From Saccostrea echinata (lineage: Eukaryota): a stretch of 64,000 nt of DNA. Position numbers and translations under genes: made by a program. Location: positions 28,148,001-28,212,000 of the forward strand of contig NW_026889751.1 of the NCBI RefSeq assembly GCF_033153115.1, written 5' to 3'. The notes under the pieces were generated by a model. It did no database searches, was not told where the DNA came from, and saw only the letters and a list, made by a program, of their open reading frames with translations. Within the stretch, counting starts at the first letter, position 1. Every line of letters begins with the position of its first letter. Shown in pieces: positions 49,301 through 61,724 of this stretch.

Positions 49301-52300
49301 TGGATATAGATTAAATAGTCTGAAGGACCTTAATAAGCCTTGACATGCAGGGGCCATAAAAAGATTACATCATGGTGAGATAATTAATCAGGTATTAATC
49401 CTACCTGTTTGTTCCAATCAGTGATGTCTATTGACTCATGTCAGTCATGCATGGCAATAGCTGTAGGCGTGTATTAGTAAACATCATGTATTCAGAATCA
49501 CTGTACTGGAACCAGACACGGTTATGTAGGAAATTGCTTTGGAATCTCTTGGAAACCACGCTGTTAATTGAGTGTACGTAGTACCAGTATCTAATGCCAT
49601 CACTTCCCTATGTGTGTATATAGTCCTACCTGTTGGCTTTTCCTCTGTGTGGAATAACATTTTGTTGGAACATATTTTTCTCGATTTTCTCAATCATCCA
49701 GAAAGGTTTGACAGTCTGGTAAGATATTGAAGGGTCTATACTATTTCCTTGAAAGAAAGTTATAAGTTATCTTTAAGAAAGAATAGTTTTACAATGTCCT
49801 TATTGTTATTAAAATCAGAATTGATAACTTTCATATGCAATCAAATAACTTCCTGTAATTCAATAATCTGAAACTAAGTCTGCATGATAAAGATTTTTTT
49901 TAAACATATGAAGGCTTAGTATGTAGATTTTTAACTTGATGATTAATTCATGGGGTCTGAAAATTTGATGACCAGGAATTATGAATAATTTTGAGACCTG
50001 TGTGTGATTAATGTCTTGTTCATGGTAAGTTTGAGTATTTAAAGTTTTTCTTCATGATGAAAAAGAGGTCTGGCATTTAAAGAATGTTATTCAATAGCCC
50101 CAGGGTTATCAATAAATTGTAAATATTCTGCACCTTGCTTGATAAACTTATTTTTTAAATGTAACCCTAAGTCGTAAGATAAATGTGTGTAACACCCCCT
50201 TTCTATGTATGACAATAGAACTGATGTGTATAAAGACATTCCAAACACATGGCTGGGTTAAGCAGATAGTGGGCTGTGTACATTACCAGTGATGATTAAT
50301 ATTTACTCTTTTAGTTTATTTTTTTGTAGCTATTAGAAGAGACGGAGGAGGAAACAGAAAGTCATCTCCCTTGGAAGAGAAATCAGGTGTCTACTCTCTT
50401 GCAAAGTCTGTCAGTGCCGCTCGACCACAAGAGACTAAGGTTCTCTACAGAACTCTCTCTGACCCAGCAGGAGGAATAACTGACGAGGGAAACCCCTCCC
50501 AAGACTACGACCATCTCAGTACCTGGAGAACCAAAGAAACTGTGTCCCCTAAGTCTCAGAATTCCCCCAAATCCCCACGATCTCCGAGTGGACCTGTGAT
50601 ACCACAGTATGAGGATCCATGGGATTCTAAAGGGAAACAGCAACACTTTAACCAGATTTGTGAGAAAGCAGAAATAGCATCACGTAATAGTCAGCCAACA
50701 TCACCTGCAAGTCCAAACAAATCTCGGAATAGAATGGATGTGTACGAGGACGCGTGGGACTCAGATTTTCAACAGAAACTGATAGAGGCTCGTGTACAGG
50801 AAGCTCGTAGAGCAAGTGAGTCGAGACCGAAGGGTCGATATGAATATGAGGAGCCTGTCTCCTCCTCCAAAACATCAGTGCGAAAACTTCCATCTGTAGG
50901 AACAAAAAACACTCAAAATGACGGGCAAGTGTACATGTCAAATTATGAACAGCCCTGGGACTCAAAAGAGAAAGAACAAGAGTTGGAGGAAAAATTTAGT
51001 CGTGTTGGGTTGTCTGGGGGTCAGAGATCCCCTGGGAGCCCCCCTCCCCCAGACTTTGCACCCCCTCCACCACCCCAGGCATATGAAGATGCCTGGGACA
51101 TCAGACCACAGTCCAAGATCATCTCACAGGTGTCATGTAAGTGTCAAATTATTGTTACTGTAATTTAGTTTGTATGGATGTGTGATTTTATCCGTATATT
51201 GGTATATTGTGATTTTTTATTGTGCAATATGTTTTGGTGCTACTGAGACTAAAGTACCATGATTTCTTATATGATTATAAATTCTGGAAATTCTTTAATA
51301 AAACTTTGGAAATTCATTCAAAATCATACTGAAAATTTGTGTAAAAATATCATGATGTTATCGTAATATTTGGGAGGGGGAATATGATATATCATGATAA
51401 AAATTTTTGGTGATACTCATCCCTAATGGCCTGGTTTTACTGTATGCAAAAATTGCTTGTAATTCCCACATAAAAGGTTGAAAAATAAAAATTTTCAACT
51501 CGCATACTACAGTAAAACATGCTTAAAACTAGATGTTTACCAGAATATAGATTTGCTCGCATACTCGCTACACTAACTTCATTGCTACAGTGACTTTCAT
51601 GTGACATAAGAACAGAACGAAAATCGAGATTGATCAGGATGACTCTTATTATACCTAAAATAAATGCACAATATGGGAGCAGATTTAACATCTAATAATA
51701 GATTGACAAAAGTACATATTTATGTGTATCACATATAAATTGATATGTGATTTTAAATAAATTTAACAGGAAAGATTTTACCTAAAATTTTGAGGGTAGA
51801 ATATACATGTACCTATAAGTTCTTAGGCTAAAAAAGGGCTGTTCTATAAATTGAATAATAGTTTATTAGAATTTCTTTTTATGATCATGTAGTACATATA
51901 CTACCTTGACTACCCTGTCTCTCTGACTTCAAATATGTGGGGGTTTTTTAATCAGTTGATTTTGAACACCCCCCCTTTTTTTCATTAAACCAATAATTTC
52001 CTATTTTTTGGATTAGATTTAACATATTAAGATTTGTTTGTATTATGCATATTTATAGTAAATATCTACGTCATATATATCAAGGCCATAGTTTGGGCAG
52101 CAAGAATTTCAGATTAATTATATGTAAATGTTAATTGGCTATAAATCACAGATACTGATATGGCTTAGCGATTTTGCTATCCCTAAAGGTTTGCTGTAGC
52201 TGTGTTTCTACTATGGTTTCCAGTTCCCCATTTAAAAAAACAAACAAACATCAAAATCTAATCTTTTTTGTACTCTTGAAATAAGTATTACCGGTATTAT

Positions 52301-54451
52301 TATCTTGTAGTACCCAACAGGACCCCAGAACATCCACCCCCTAGAAGAACGAGTTCCCCTCCCCTGTCTAAAGCTATGGCGGAGCCTATTGATCCCAAAC
52401 TACCCTTGGATATACAAAAGTAAGTCATTCTGAGTTTGTTTGTTTTTTCTGTGTAAAAAGGGAATTATTGTGTTAAACTGTGAAAAGATATGGATTAAGG
52501 ATGTGTACTGATTTGTTTCCTGTTTTGATATAAGATATATTAAAGTTTAATAATTTCTTAAAGTGCTTCAAGGTGAATCTAGAATTGTCTTTCCTGTGTG
52601 TTACGTGTTGTATACAATGCTTGTAATCCTCAAACAGGCACAAACCACAAACATGTTAACATGAGTTAAATATGGTGATTTAATCATTAGGTATTACACA
52701 CTTTCAAAATTATAAGTGAAATGTCAAAAAATGCCCCGAAAAATATCCTAGGGGAAGGGTTTACAATATAGATTTGTACATCAGTCATAGTATGTAATGC
52801 ACCTAGGGATCATTCTCTCAGTTTGTTTGTTTGTTTGGTTTTTTTTTCTTCAAAAATATAAAGTTCATGAAAATCTATAAGAAATGTCTTGCGTTACAGA
52901 TTTTACCACGGTGGGATAACGAGGCGAGATGCTGAGGAATTACTGGTGATCCACAAAGAGGGGAGTTATCTCGTGAGGAGAAGCGAGACCCAGAAAAATG
53001 TCTTCTCCCTGTCACTCAAGTAAGTCAACTTATATCAACAAAAGGGGTGGGGTAATGTAAAACCAAAAAAATGTCTTCTCCCTGTCACTCAAGTAAGTCA
53101 ACTCGAACCATAGCAAAAGGTTTAGGGTTATGTAAAAATTTTAAAAAAGTCTTCTCCCTATCACTCAAGTAAGTCAACTCGAACCATAGCAAAAAGGGGT
53201 ATGTCCTCAAGTAAGTCAACTTACACCATAATACTCAGACCTGTCACTCAAGTAAGTCAACTTGTTGGTAAATAAAATATCTTGTATCTTGTATACATAT
53301 ACATGTACCATATAAAAAAGGGGTGTTTTCTCAAGTTAGTCACTGTATACCATAACAAATGTTTAGTTTAATTAAAAACAAAAAAAAAATGTCTTCTCCC
53401 TGTCACTCAAGTAAATTATACCATAGCAAAAAGGGGTGTGTCCTCAAGTAAGATAACTCATACCCTAATAAAAGGAGGGGGGTAACGTAAAAAAACAAAA
53501 AAAGTCTTCTCCCTGTGATCTAGTAATTTAACTCGTATCATAACAAAAAGAGCTGGGGCAGTGTAAAACTCAGATCAGCAGTACTACAGGTTTTGTGGAG
53601 AGGCTAATTGTCTTCTCCCTACCACTAAGGCATAACAGCAAGGTTAGGGACATTAGAAATATATCTGCTGTCACACAATTGATCACATAACAACAGTAGG
53701 AACCAGATTACAGAGTAAGGTTTAATAGAGAAGATGGGGGCACAGTGATAAAACAGTGTTTTCTTCCTGCTACCAAGGTTAAAGATGACATAACCCAAAA
53801 ACAAGAAAGTACAGGATTTAGATATTGAAATGCACGTAGTGTTTTTTCCCCTGATACTTGAGTAGGCTTATGTTTATTGATATTCACAGCATTATCAATT
53901 TAACCCAGGCAACTCAGATACAATTAAAATGGTGTTTGTTTATGTGAAAGCAAAATATTAAGAAATGAAATAAGCAAGTATGTGCTATTTGTAAAGGAGC
54001 AAATTAGAAAATAATATAAGCTTGCAGTTTGTACTCTAAATTGCATTACTCCAAACCAGTTTGATTTTTCAGCATTAGTAATGAGATGTGTCGTATTAGT
54101 TATGGCCCTTGGACATTTAGCCAGATAGGAAATTATTATTCATTGTGGTTAAGATACCACACACACACAAATTTTTAAATAGATAAAGCCTTGAGTGTAC
54201 TTTTCCCTGAAAAATTGTCTGACTTTGCACTAACAGAGTGACTGATTTTTTTTTTTTTTTACAGGGGAATAGGGGGCATTCCAATGCACCTCAGAATAAG
54301 TTTGTTACACGGGGAGTACGTCCTTGGAGAGAACAGCCAGCCTTTTCCGACCGTGCCAGAGATGGTGGACTACTACACGCGACACAATCTACCGGTCCAG
54401 AATGCCAGTCATATTAAACTGCTTCATCCAATCGCTCGACCCCGAATGTGA
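35071..54451 (+). CDS. SH2 domain-containing adaptor protein, SHB/SHD/SHE/SHF family, ~551 aa for this isoform
   Basis: Exons 35071-35385 (first exon, donor less certain), 47311-47428, 50330-51136, 52311-52419, 52900-53019, 54265-54451; phases consistent. Repeated YxxP / YExxWD motifs; IDPKLPLDIQ pre-SH2 motif; C-terminal SH2 FYHGGITRRDAEELL..GSYLVRRSE..FSLSLK..MHLRI..YVLGENSQPFPTVPEMVDYY..LPV..LLHPI. AATAAA at 55871. Confidence 0.9.
38082..40866 (+). mobile_element. Nested HINE/Helentron-type element (B)
   Basis: 5' AACTAGAAA-CTCATTGC-GA-GCAATGAG-AGGTCTTCCGT; internal ACCGGAAGT repeats; (AAT)n; 3' hairpin TAAGGTCTTCCGT-GGAG-ACGGAAGACCTTA. Confidence 0.8.
39353..40288. mobile_element. TTAA-targeting non-autonomous DNA transposon (Kolobok-like) inside element B
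   Basis: TTAA on both sides; imperfect TIR GGAGGTTGGATCCTG / CAGGAGCGAACCTCG. Removing it restores the repeat unit seen at ~38907. Confidence 0.75.
40866..44815 (+). mobile_element. Nested HINE/Helentron-type element (C), same family as B
   Basis: 5' end identical to B; 3' hairpin TAAGGTCTTCCGT-GAAG-ACGGAAGACCTTA at ~44786-44815. Confidence 0.75.
42930..44757 (+). mobile_element. Nested HINE/Helentron-type element (D), inserted in the (AAT)n tract of C
   Basis: 5' AACTAGAAA-CTCATTAC-TA-GTAATGAG-AAGGTCTTCCGT; 3' hairpin TAAGGTCTTCCGT-CTGAA-ACGGAAGACCTTA. Confidence 0.78.
47387..47796 (+). repeat. Three ~92-bp tandem copies spanning an exon 3' end and its splice donor
   Basis: Unit CCRAGYACACTGA..TTAYGAGACYACC-AAA-TACTA.AGGGTAAATATTAGTGAGAT at ~47387, ~47479 and ~47744. 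Confidence 0.8.
47520..47687. mobile_element. 168-bp MITE, hAT-like (CAGGG termini)
   Basis: Perfect 17-bp TIR CAGGGTTGTCCCTAAGA / TCTTAGGGACAACCCTG; TSD CTACAG / CTACAT with one mismatch. Confidence 0.85.
52995..53630 (+). repeat. Tandem array of SH2-exon 3' end plus donor copies
   Basis: Repeated (AAAATGTCTTCTCCCTGTCA)CTCAAGTAAGTCAAC units, with spacing varying from ~40 to ~80 bp. Confidence 0.88.
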
Positions 54452-56469
54452 CCTTTGACCTGGGTGTTTAACACTTGTTTGATTGGTGCTTGTTAGTTTT
54501 AGTTAATGATGGTCATAATAGTTAATGATATTTATATAAACATGTGATGAATTTTTCCCCTTTGCTGCCAAAGTTCTTGATTTCTTCTTTGTTTTATTAC
54601 TTGTTAAATGCTTTCTGTTAGTTCTTGAACCAGAGTTTTGTTATTTTAGGGATTCCTAAGAAATGGTTTAGCTGTTTACTGTTTTTATATGTGACTTTCC
54701 TGTCTTACTGAAAAGTTTTAAAGCCAGATTCACTTTTATGCAAGATCTGATTACAGTGCACATTATGTCACAACAATGATTGTTCAGATTTGATTTTAGT
54801 TTCAAGTGTTCCTCTGAAAAATGTTTGTCACAGTATGAATGTTGTTGAATGTGAAGACCAGCAGATGTAATTCTGTCTAGGACCAACGATCTATATATAT
54901 AAACACAAGTGGTTCTTCCACTTTTAATTTGTAAAAACAATGTTTTACCATTTGTGATCATGTACTGAACGTATATATTATCTACCAATTCAACAACATG
55001 AGAGTTGCAGTATCATGTGTATTAATTACTCATGTGATCATCCAAATTTAAATGTTGCCTTAAGCCTTTTGCCTGTTTTCCCAGATGGTATTAATGTTCT
55101 GCATGCTCATGCAAAGAGGAAATTTTTGTGAAAGTTAGGGCAATTAATAGACAAGTTTGTATTATTTTCACAGTGTGCTTCAAGTGAATGGGTCATAATG
55201 ACTGTTGTGGTTTGAACATTTTATACAAATATTTCCAATAGTATTTATATAATACTCCAAGACGTATGCACTCGGCAGATTTATATGTGACAATCAGAGA
55301 GACTGCTGGGATTTGTTTACAGAATTGTTGCTAGGATTCACTCCTTTAAAATGCAAATATTTATATAACCATTGTATAATAACTTTTGATTTTGAACTTT
55401 AATCGGAGAACTTGACCAATTTATGTATCACGTACTGCACAAGTCAATCATCCATGTATTCAGTCTAGGGCTAAAAATCAGTATCTATTGTAAAAACAAA
55501 GTATGAGCAAAAAACAATATTTCAGGGTTATAGAAGTTTTGTTGTAAGTCATGTTTACCAATGTTGTCCACATAATGTCTTGTTATGAATAACAATACGG
55601 TTTATATACCATCTGTTTAGTGGTTAAAGTTTAAAACCGTTCAGAGTTTTATTTTTAGGAAATACACAGGAAGGGTGCAATAAGCAGTCCTTTATATGGT
55701 TTTATTTATATGTTATTTACAATCAACAGCTGATCTATACTTGGTCTATTGTTGAATACTCTTTATTGTTGCTGGGTTTGTTAAGAGCAAGCTTTAAACT
55801 TGATTCTTGTGATTTTTGCCAAAAAAACAACTGTTCATTTCTACACATGGTGTATATTTATCTTTGCTGAAATAAACACGAAATTAATCTGATTCTCTGT
55901 GTGTTACCTTAACCCTGGAACACAATACATGTACTTCCTTTTTCCGTCATAACATTCCCCTTTTAGTTTTCAAACCATTCAATAAAGAGGAAATGGAATT
56001 TTAAATTTCCAATAATCTTATTTTAGTTTGCTCTATGTCTTTTTAGAGTTGAATTGATATTTCCCTGTGTTTTTATTTTCTTTGGTAAGTGAGAACTTAA
56101 GATATTGGCAATATCTGTAAAACATGTTGGGAAATAAAAAGGGGGAGTTAAGCCTAGAGGAAATTATGCTAACATGGGTTGCTCTTCTCCTACAAGGAAG
56201 TTTATTTCATAATCGATCTGGGCAAATTCTAGCTTAGTAAAAGGATGGGTTCAAAGTTGTATAGGGATTTTACTAAATGTAGCCTTGTTGCCATTATTTT
56301 TCTCTAAGTGCCAGTATGTTCACAACTTGAATTGGCAATTGTTACTGTAACTTGGCCCTTTTCAAAAAAAAAATCTTTCGATTAAGATTAAAATTTGTCT
56401 GCAATTTCTTTGTTAAATTAAAGACTTTGTTTCTTTTAAAGGATTATTCACAATGTATTCAAATGTAAT

Positions 56470-57290
56470 ACAAGAAGTCCAAGGGCCTTAACGATTCACC
56501 TGAGTATAATACAACAGTATAAAGAATCCACAGATGTATAAAAAAAAATTGATTGATTGATAAGTATGTTTGCTAAATATACCCTGCAGCAGAGAAGAGC
56601 CCCACCCTAACACCAGAACGCCTGACCCAGGGGCCATGAATTTCAAATTTGGAAGATGCAGCTCATTGTTTGTTTACTTAATCCCAGGAGCAATGAAGAA
56701 TATTTTCAAAATATAATGCATTTTCACCATAAAATCATTAAAAACCCATCCTAGCACCAGAGCTCCTGACCCTGGGCCATGAATTTAACATTTTTGGAAG
56801 AGAACACCTTTGCTCATCGTAACCATGTGCTAAGTATCTATACTTAATTTCCAGGAACAGAGAAGATTTTCAAAGAATTAATGCATTTTTACCATATTAT
56901 CATAGAGCTCCACCCTAGCACCATAATCCTGATCCAGGAACCTTGAATTTCACAATTTTTAATAGTAAAGTGCTCATTGCTTGCTATAATCGTGTCAACA
57001 GTTAAAATTTGACTGCTTGGTGTCTTGGAGTAAGAAGATTTGTGAAAATTGTATTATGGTTTTGGCCCTACCCTTCAGGCCTAAAAGGGGGGGGGGGAGG
57101 GGGCAGGCAACATAATTCACAATTTTGGTTCCCCTTGACCCGTAGATGCTATTTACCAAAACTGCTCAGAATTGGTTAAGCCGTTGAGAAGAAGAGGAAA
57201 ATCTTCAAAAGTTTACGACTGATACACGACGGACAACGCACGACGACGGACGAAAACAGATAGCAATAAAAGCCTTTTTGTGACCTACTA
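56470..57290 (+). mobile_element. HINE/Helentron-type element with ~160-bp internal repeats
   Basis: 5' ACAAGAAGTCCAAGGGCCTTAACGATTCACCTGAG; repeats CCCTAGCACCA..CCTGACCC..GGCCATGAATTT; (ACG/ACGG)n; 3' GTGACCTA. Confidence 0.65.
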
Positions 57291-57723
57291 TACCTTAGAG
57301 ATGCTTTCTGGAGAATTTAAATGTTTTTGTCTTAGTCATATTATATTTTGAGAAAAGGTCCACAGATCTATGAAAGAATTTAACTTCATTCTAGCATGAC
57401 CAAGTGAAGGTTCAAGGTCCAAGCTTTGGGCCAATCCAAGGTCAGATAAAACACTGTTGCTGACAGTGGTTTTTTGTTTCATAAAAAATAAAATCTTGCT
57501 TCTCGAATGTTCCTTTCCAAAACCTGAACCCCCAATTAGTCAAGGTTTAAATATATTTAAGGAGAGATTTCACACTGAAATGAAGATTTTATCAATGTTT
57601 TGAGCAAATCCAACCAGGGTGGGATGGGTCAGAGAAGGACTTGTATGAGAAATGTCAGACCATCCTTTGGAGGAAAACTCTATCTTTATTAATGTTAAAT
57701 ATTCTTCTCCTTCTACTCTTCCC

Positions 57724-57837
57724 AAATGACCTTCCTTGGACTTGTAACATACCGTTGAGTAAATGACTTTCCTTGGACTTGTAACATACCGTTGAGTAAA
57801 TGACTTTCCTTGGACTTGTAACATACCGTTGAGTAAA
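57724..57837 (+). repeat. 37-bp minisatellite, three copies
   Basis: AAATGACTTTCCTTGGACTTGTAACATACCGTTGAGT three times, with one mismatch and no spacers. Confidence 0.95.
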
Positions 57838-58956
57838 ACACCCCATCCCTCCCTTTTATAGCTAGTCAGCTGAAGAGATCACCCCATCCACCCCAGCCAA
57901 AAAATAAAAATCCTGAAAATATTCCTTAATGTCGGTGTTATGACTTATGAAGGAATTAATTAAGGGCGCCAATTAAGTTAAGAAAATAAGTCTTGATGTG
58001 GAGAAGGAACAATAACCTGTACATAACGGAAGCTACAATACATCATGACGACAATCGTGTATTTCTACAAAACGCTTGAATTGCTTTGAAACTATTTCAT
58101 AAACACGTATTTTTCACCACTCTGCTTGAATTGCCTTAAAAAATGTCTCATTTATTTCAACTAATCCAGAGGAAGTACAATATAAAAAGAGGGTAGATTG
58201 TAATTAAATGAAAGGAATCCTTCATCATTATGATAGAAAAATTGAGAAATAGACATGGCACTTTTCAAGAAAGGAAAGTTAAATTAAACATGTGTAACGT
58301 TTAGAATCCAATTTATTCTATGTCTGAAAAGCCGCATTTAAAAGCCATTGAATGTGCACCTTTACAGTCAGTTAGCTCGCAAAAATGAATTTTAATTCAA
58401 TTCACACTTAAAAGTATACAGTCAACATAATGTACAGGAATTTTATGAAATAGAACTTTTATAAAGATTGTGAAAATGCATCGAGATTTAAATATTGTAC
58501 CCTAAGCCATTAAAAGTTCAAACATCTTTTCAGCTGAAAAAGAATTGAAAAAGGGTATCAAAGGATTCGCCATTGATAAATAGGCATACGTTTCGTCATG
58601 TTTGAATTAGATAATCAAGCCTATGATTGGCTCAGTATATTCTTTGAAAATGAGTTGACAAATTTTCAAAACACCACTGAATCATATGGTCAATACACAC
58701 ACATCAAATTTCATTTTCCCTACTGAAGAACTACTTGTGAGGTTTTCGAATCCGCGAAACGTAATATTCGTGGCTTATCGTCTACAAGAATTTGGAGCTA
58801 GGTATACTAAGCAGCTAAATAGGTTTGCTGGATATTTTCTGTGAAATCTTTTAGAATTTCCATTCTCAAGCTGTAAAATTCAAACTTTCGCGTGAACGGG
58901 ATCATTGGAATAGCCAGGAATTATGTCAATATTATAAACGGCACATCGACGTAAAG

Positions 58957-61724
58957 ATGGCGTGTTGTGGATACGCCTCTTGGTGGGCCAAACTGTCCTG
59001 GGGATGTGTGATGCTAGGCTCCCTCCTTCACGTGGTGGCATGGTCCACCCCCTCGTGGATGATCGGGACTAGTGGAGGAACAACCACGAGGGTCGGACTG
59101 TGGAAGACACGCACGTGCACAAGCACTTGCACGGAGACCTCTGTTGATATTTCATATAAAAATGGTTAGTTTATTTTAAACATTTTTTTTAATCTACAAA
59201 GGGGAAATACTTATGTAATACGTAATAAATAAATATATAATAATAAAAATATATATTTACAAAAACCGATGTTTGATGTATCCCCTTTCCCCAGGTTAGT
59301 GACCTTTAAGCTAGATTTGACCACGATTTAAGATGACAATAGACCTTTGGGTCATGCGCAACATCTCACTAAAATGGATTATTTCCAGCCAAGGATTCCA
59401 AATATATGACCCAGAAACGATTATGTGATAGAGAGAGAGAGAGAGAGAGAGATGAAATATATATGGAGATAACGAACAGTATTCAAGCTCAAAAGTAAAT
59501 TCAAACAATACAAATCAGGAGCAGAGCAAACACGGACCTCTAAGACATCAGAGGTGGATCAGGTGCCATGGAGGAGTGAGCATCTCCTGTCGACCGGTCA
59601 CATCCGCCGTGTGCTCTTTGTCATGTCGGGAATAACGGGAAAATCCGTTGACAATTCAGTGTGTAAATAATGGCCTAACAATTTACATGAAAAACGTCAG
59701 TCAGCATTTGACTTAATGATAGATTGTATTTGCTGACAAGGTCATTGTATCGACCATAGAACTTTAGAAATGATAACTTTAAACGAGACTCTTGATATTC
59801 TTGTTTCATCAACTTGTCTGTCAATAACTTATCTCGTTTTAAAAATTGTTCATACGTAAAGCATGCTTGCATATCGAATCAACTGAGAGATATAAACCCC
59901 ATATGCAGGTGATGAGGGTATATTGCTGCATAAGTAAGGGAAGTTGGCGATTGAAAAGTTAAAGTCATCACGTTTATCATAAAGCTTTGTTGTTAGATTA
60001 CCATTTACGTTTTTTTTTCTAGTAAAATATCAAAATATAAAACAGATGTCAGAGTCTGTGATATCTTTTATTTCAAGCTCACTGGGATATATCGTGTCGA
60101 CATATGAATGGAAATAACTATTGTTAATTGATAATACATCGTCGATGTATCTAAATGTCGAGTTGAAGGCCACAGCAAGAGTTTTCTTTTTCTCATGCAT
60201 AAGATTTTGAATAAATTCTGCTTCATATGTATAAAAAAAATAGGTCTGTTAATAACGGGACGAAATTGCTACCCATGGGAATTCCAACAAATCGTTCGGA
60301 GACCTGGCCTCCAAAAACCACATAGATATTGTCAATCAGAAACTCAAACATCTTTTTAATATCAACGTCAGAGCACTTAATTGTATGTACCATCAGAATG
60401 TTTTTTAACAAAATGATTCTGCAAATGACCAATGACAAGGTAAGTAAATTTACGAGTTCCATTTTTATTGAAAAAAAGCAGCTGTCAATTATGTCAAAAA
60501 GCCTTGACTTTAATTTACCGTGGGGAAGAGAGACAATGAGACAATCCCACTAGAACCTGTATAAAACATGTGTCTTCTCTATGCAGAAGACATAATGAAA
60601 GGTCATCATAGATACAATCTGATTAAAATCAGATCTTTGTTACGCTCCGAAATTCTGATGGTCGCTGTACAAAGTGTATACAGTGACCATCAGAATTTCG
60701 GAGGGTAACAAAGATCTGATTTTAATCAGATTGTCATAGATAGAATATAGGCGGAGCATATGTCTGATGGCAAGTGTTCGATTTTTTCTCTCTAATGGCA
60801 CGTGTTCGATTTTTTTCAGATTCTTTCCGGACAACCCAGGCTATGGAGACAATCGCCTTCATTCTATGCTTGCTGATACCGATACTGTTGGGTGTGTACG
60901 TAATGTCGGATCGCTTCAGGAGTCCCAGACTGGCGGCCTGGTGCATGGCGGGATGCTTTGTTACAGGTATCCTGTTTTATGTGGGTTAGTTGTGAATTGG
61001 ATGTTCATTGGTTAGATTATAAATATGATTTTAAGATTAACGGAGAAAATCTCTTGGTGCCATGGTTATGTTAACCAATAAACAACTGAATTCCTTTCAC
61101 TTCATAATTGAATGTGTTAAGTCACATCATTGCATCATTGATTTAAAGTGGTATTCACATTCTCAGAGACTGCAGGTTAACACCCACCCACCCCCCTTTT
61201 CTTGCTAAATATTGTTACTTTGCAAATGTTGCCATAGAACTTTAACGTAATTGGGCACCGGAATGGTGTTATTTAAATACAGTGTAAGTAAAAAAATCAA
61301 GTATTTTCCAGCTTTGTTTCTATTGATGGGGATGATAGCATGGCTCGTATACGTCACAGATCCCTGGGCGGTGTCCTACTCATTCGGATTCAGTGTAATT
61401 GCACTCGTATTGACGTTCATAGCTGGATTTCTTCTCATCCCAGACATTGACGAGGAGAGATCTTATGGATTTTGTACAGATTGTAATTCTTCTGGGTCAG
61501 ATGGTAGAAAGAAACCAAGATCTGTGTCTCCAGATTTCAGCAGCGAAAGATCCTTCTCCCGAAACGACCGAATCACGCCCTTATCGTCACGGTCTGAATA
61601 TGACCGCATGCCGCAACCTATGACACCGGTGGAAAATTCTTGGAACAGAAGCAATATGTCCAGTTCCGCTACTTATAATAATATATCTCCTATCACTTTA
61701 CAAAGGGATCGTGTGGCCTACTAA
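58957..61724 (+). CDS. PMP22/EMP/MP20/claudin-superfamily tetraspan membrane protein, 255 aa, 3 exons
   Basis: Exons 58957-59164, 60820-60966, 61312-61724 (phase 1 introns, 768 nt). Four hydrophobic helices; first-loop W..GLW..C..C signature (PSW..RVGLWKTRTCTSTC); YSF before TM4; Ser/Arg-rich tail. AATAAA at 61775. Confidence 0.9.
59500..60530 (-). mobile_element. Truncated, degenerate Penelope-like retroelement (RT) in claudin-like intron 1
   Basis: Minus-strand translation with frameshifts: FLIDNIYVVFGGQV..VGIPMGSNFVPLLTDLF..YEAEFIQ..FRYIDDVLSINN..IYPSELEIK..DKRDDFNFSIANFPYLCSNIPSSPAYG..KFYGRYNDLV. Confidence 0.85.
60615..60733. mobile_element. 119-bp palindromic MITE with 9-bp TSD (Mutator-like)
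   Basis: ~55-bp arms CAATCTGATTAAAATCAGATCTTTGTTAC..GGTCGCTGTA paired with their reverse complement, two mismatches; TSD TCATAGATA (60606-60614 and 60734-60742). Confidence 0.85.

Noticed and set aside
50383-51163. Alternative-frame and antisense ORFs over the large SH2-gene exon
   Set aside because: They are by-products of a GC-rich coding exon; only the 50330-51136 frame fits the flanking splice phases.
52995-53530. Repeat-spacer-like pattern as a CRISPR-like array
   Set aside because: The intervening sequences are related to each other and the repeat is the exon end plus donor, so it is a degenerate tandem duplication.
57724-57837. 37-bp direct repeats as a CRISPR array
   Set aside because: The repeats are contiguous with no spacers, no cas genes are present, and the context is eukaryotic. 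It is a minisatellite.
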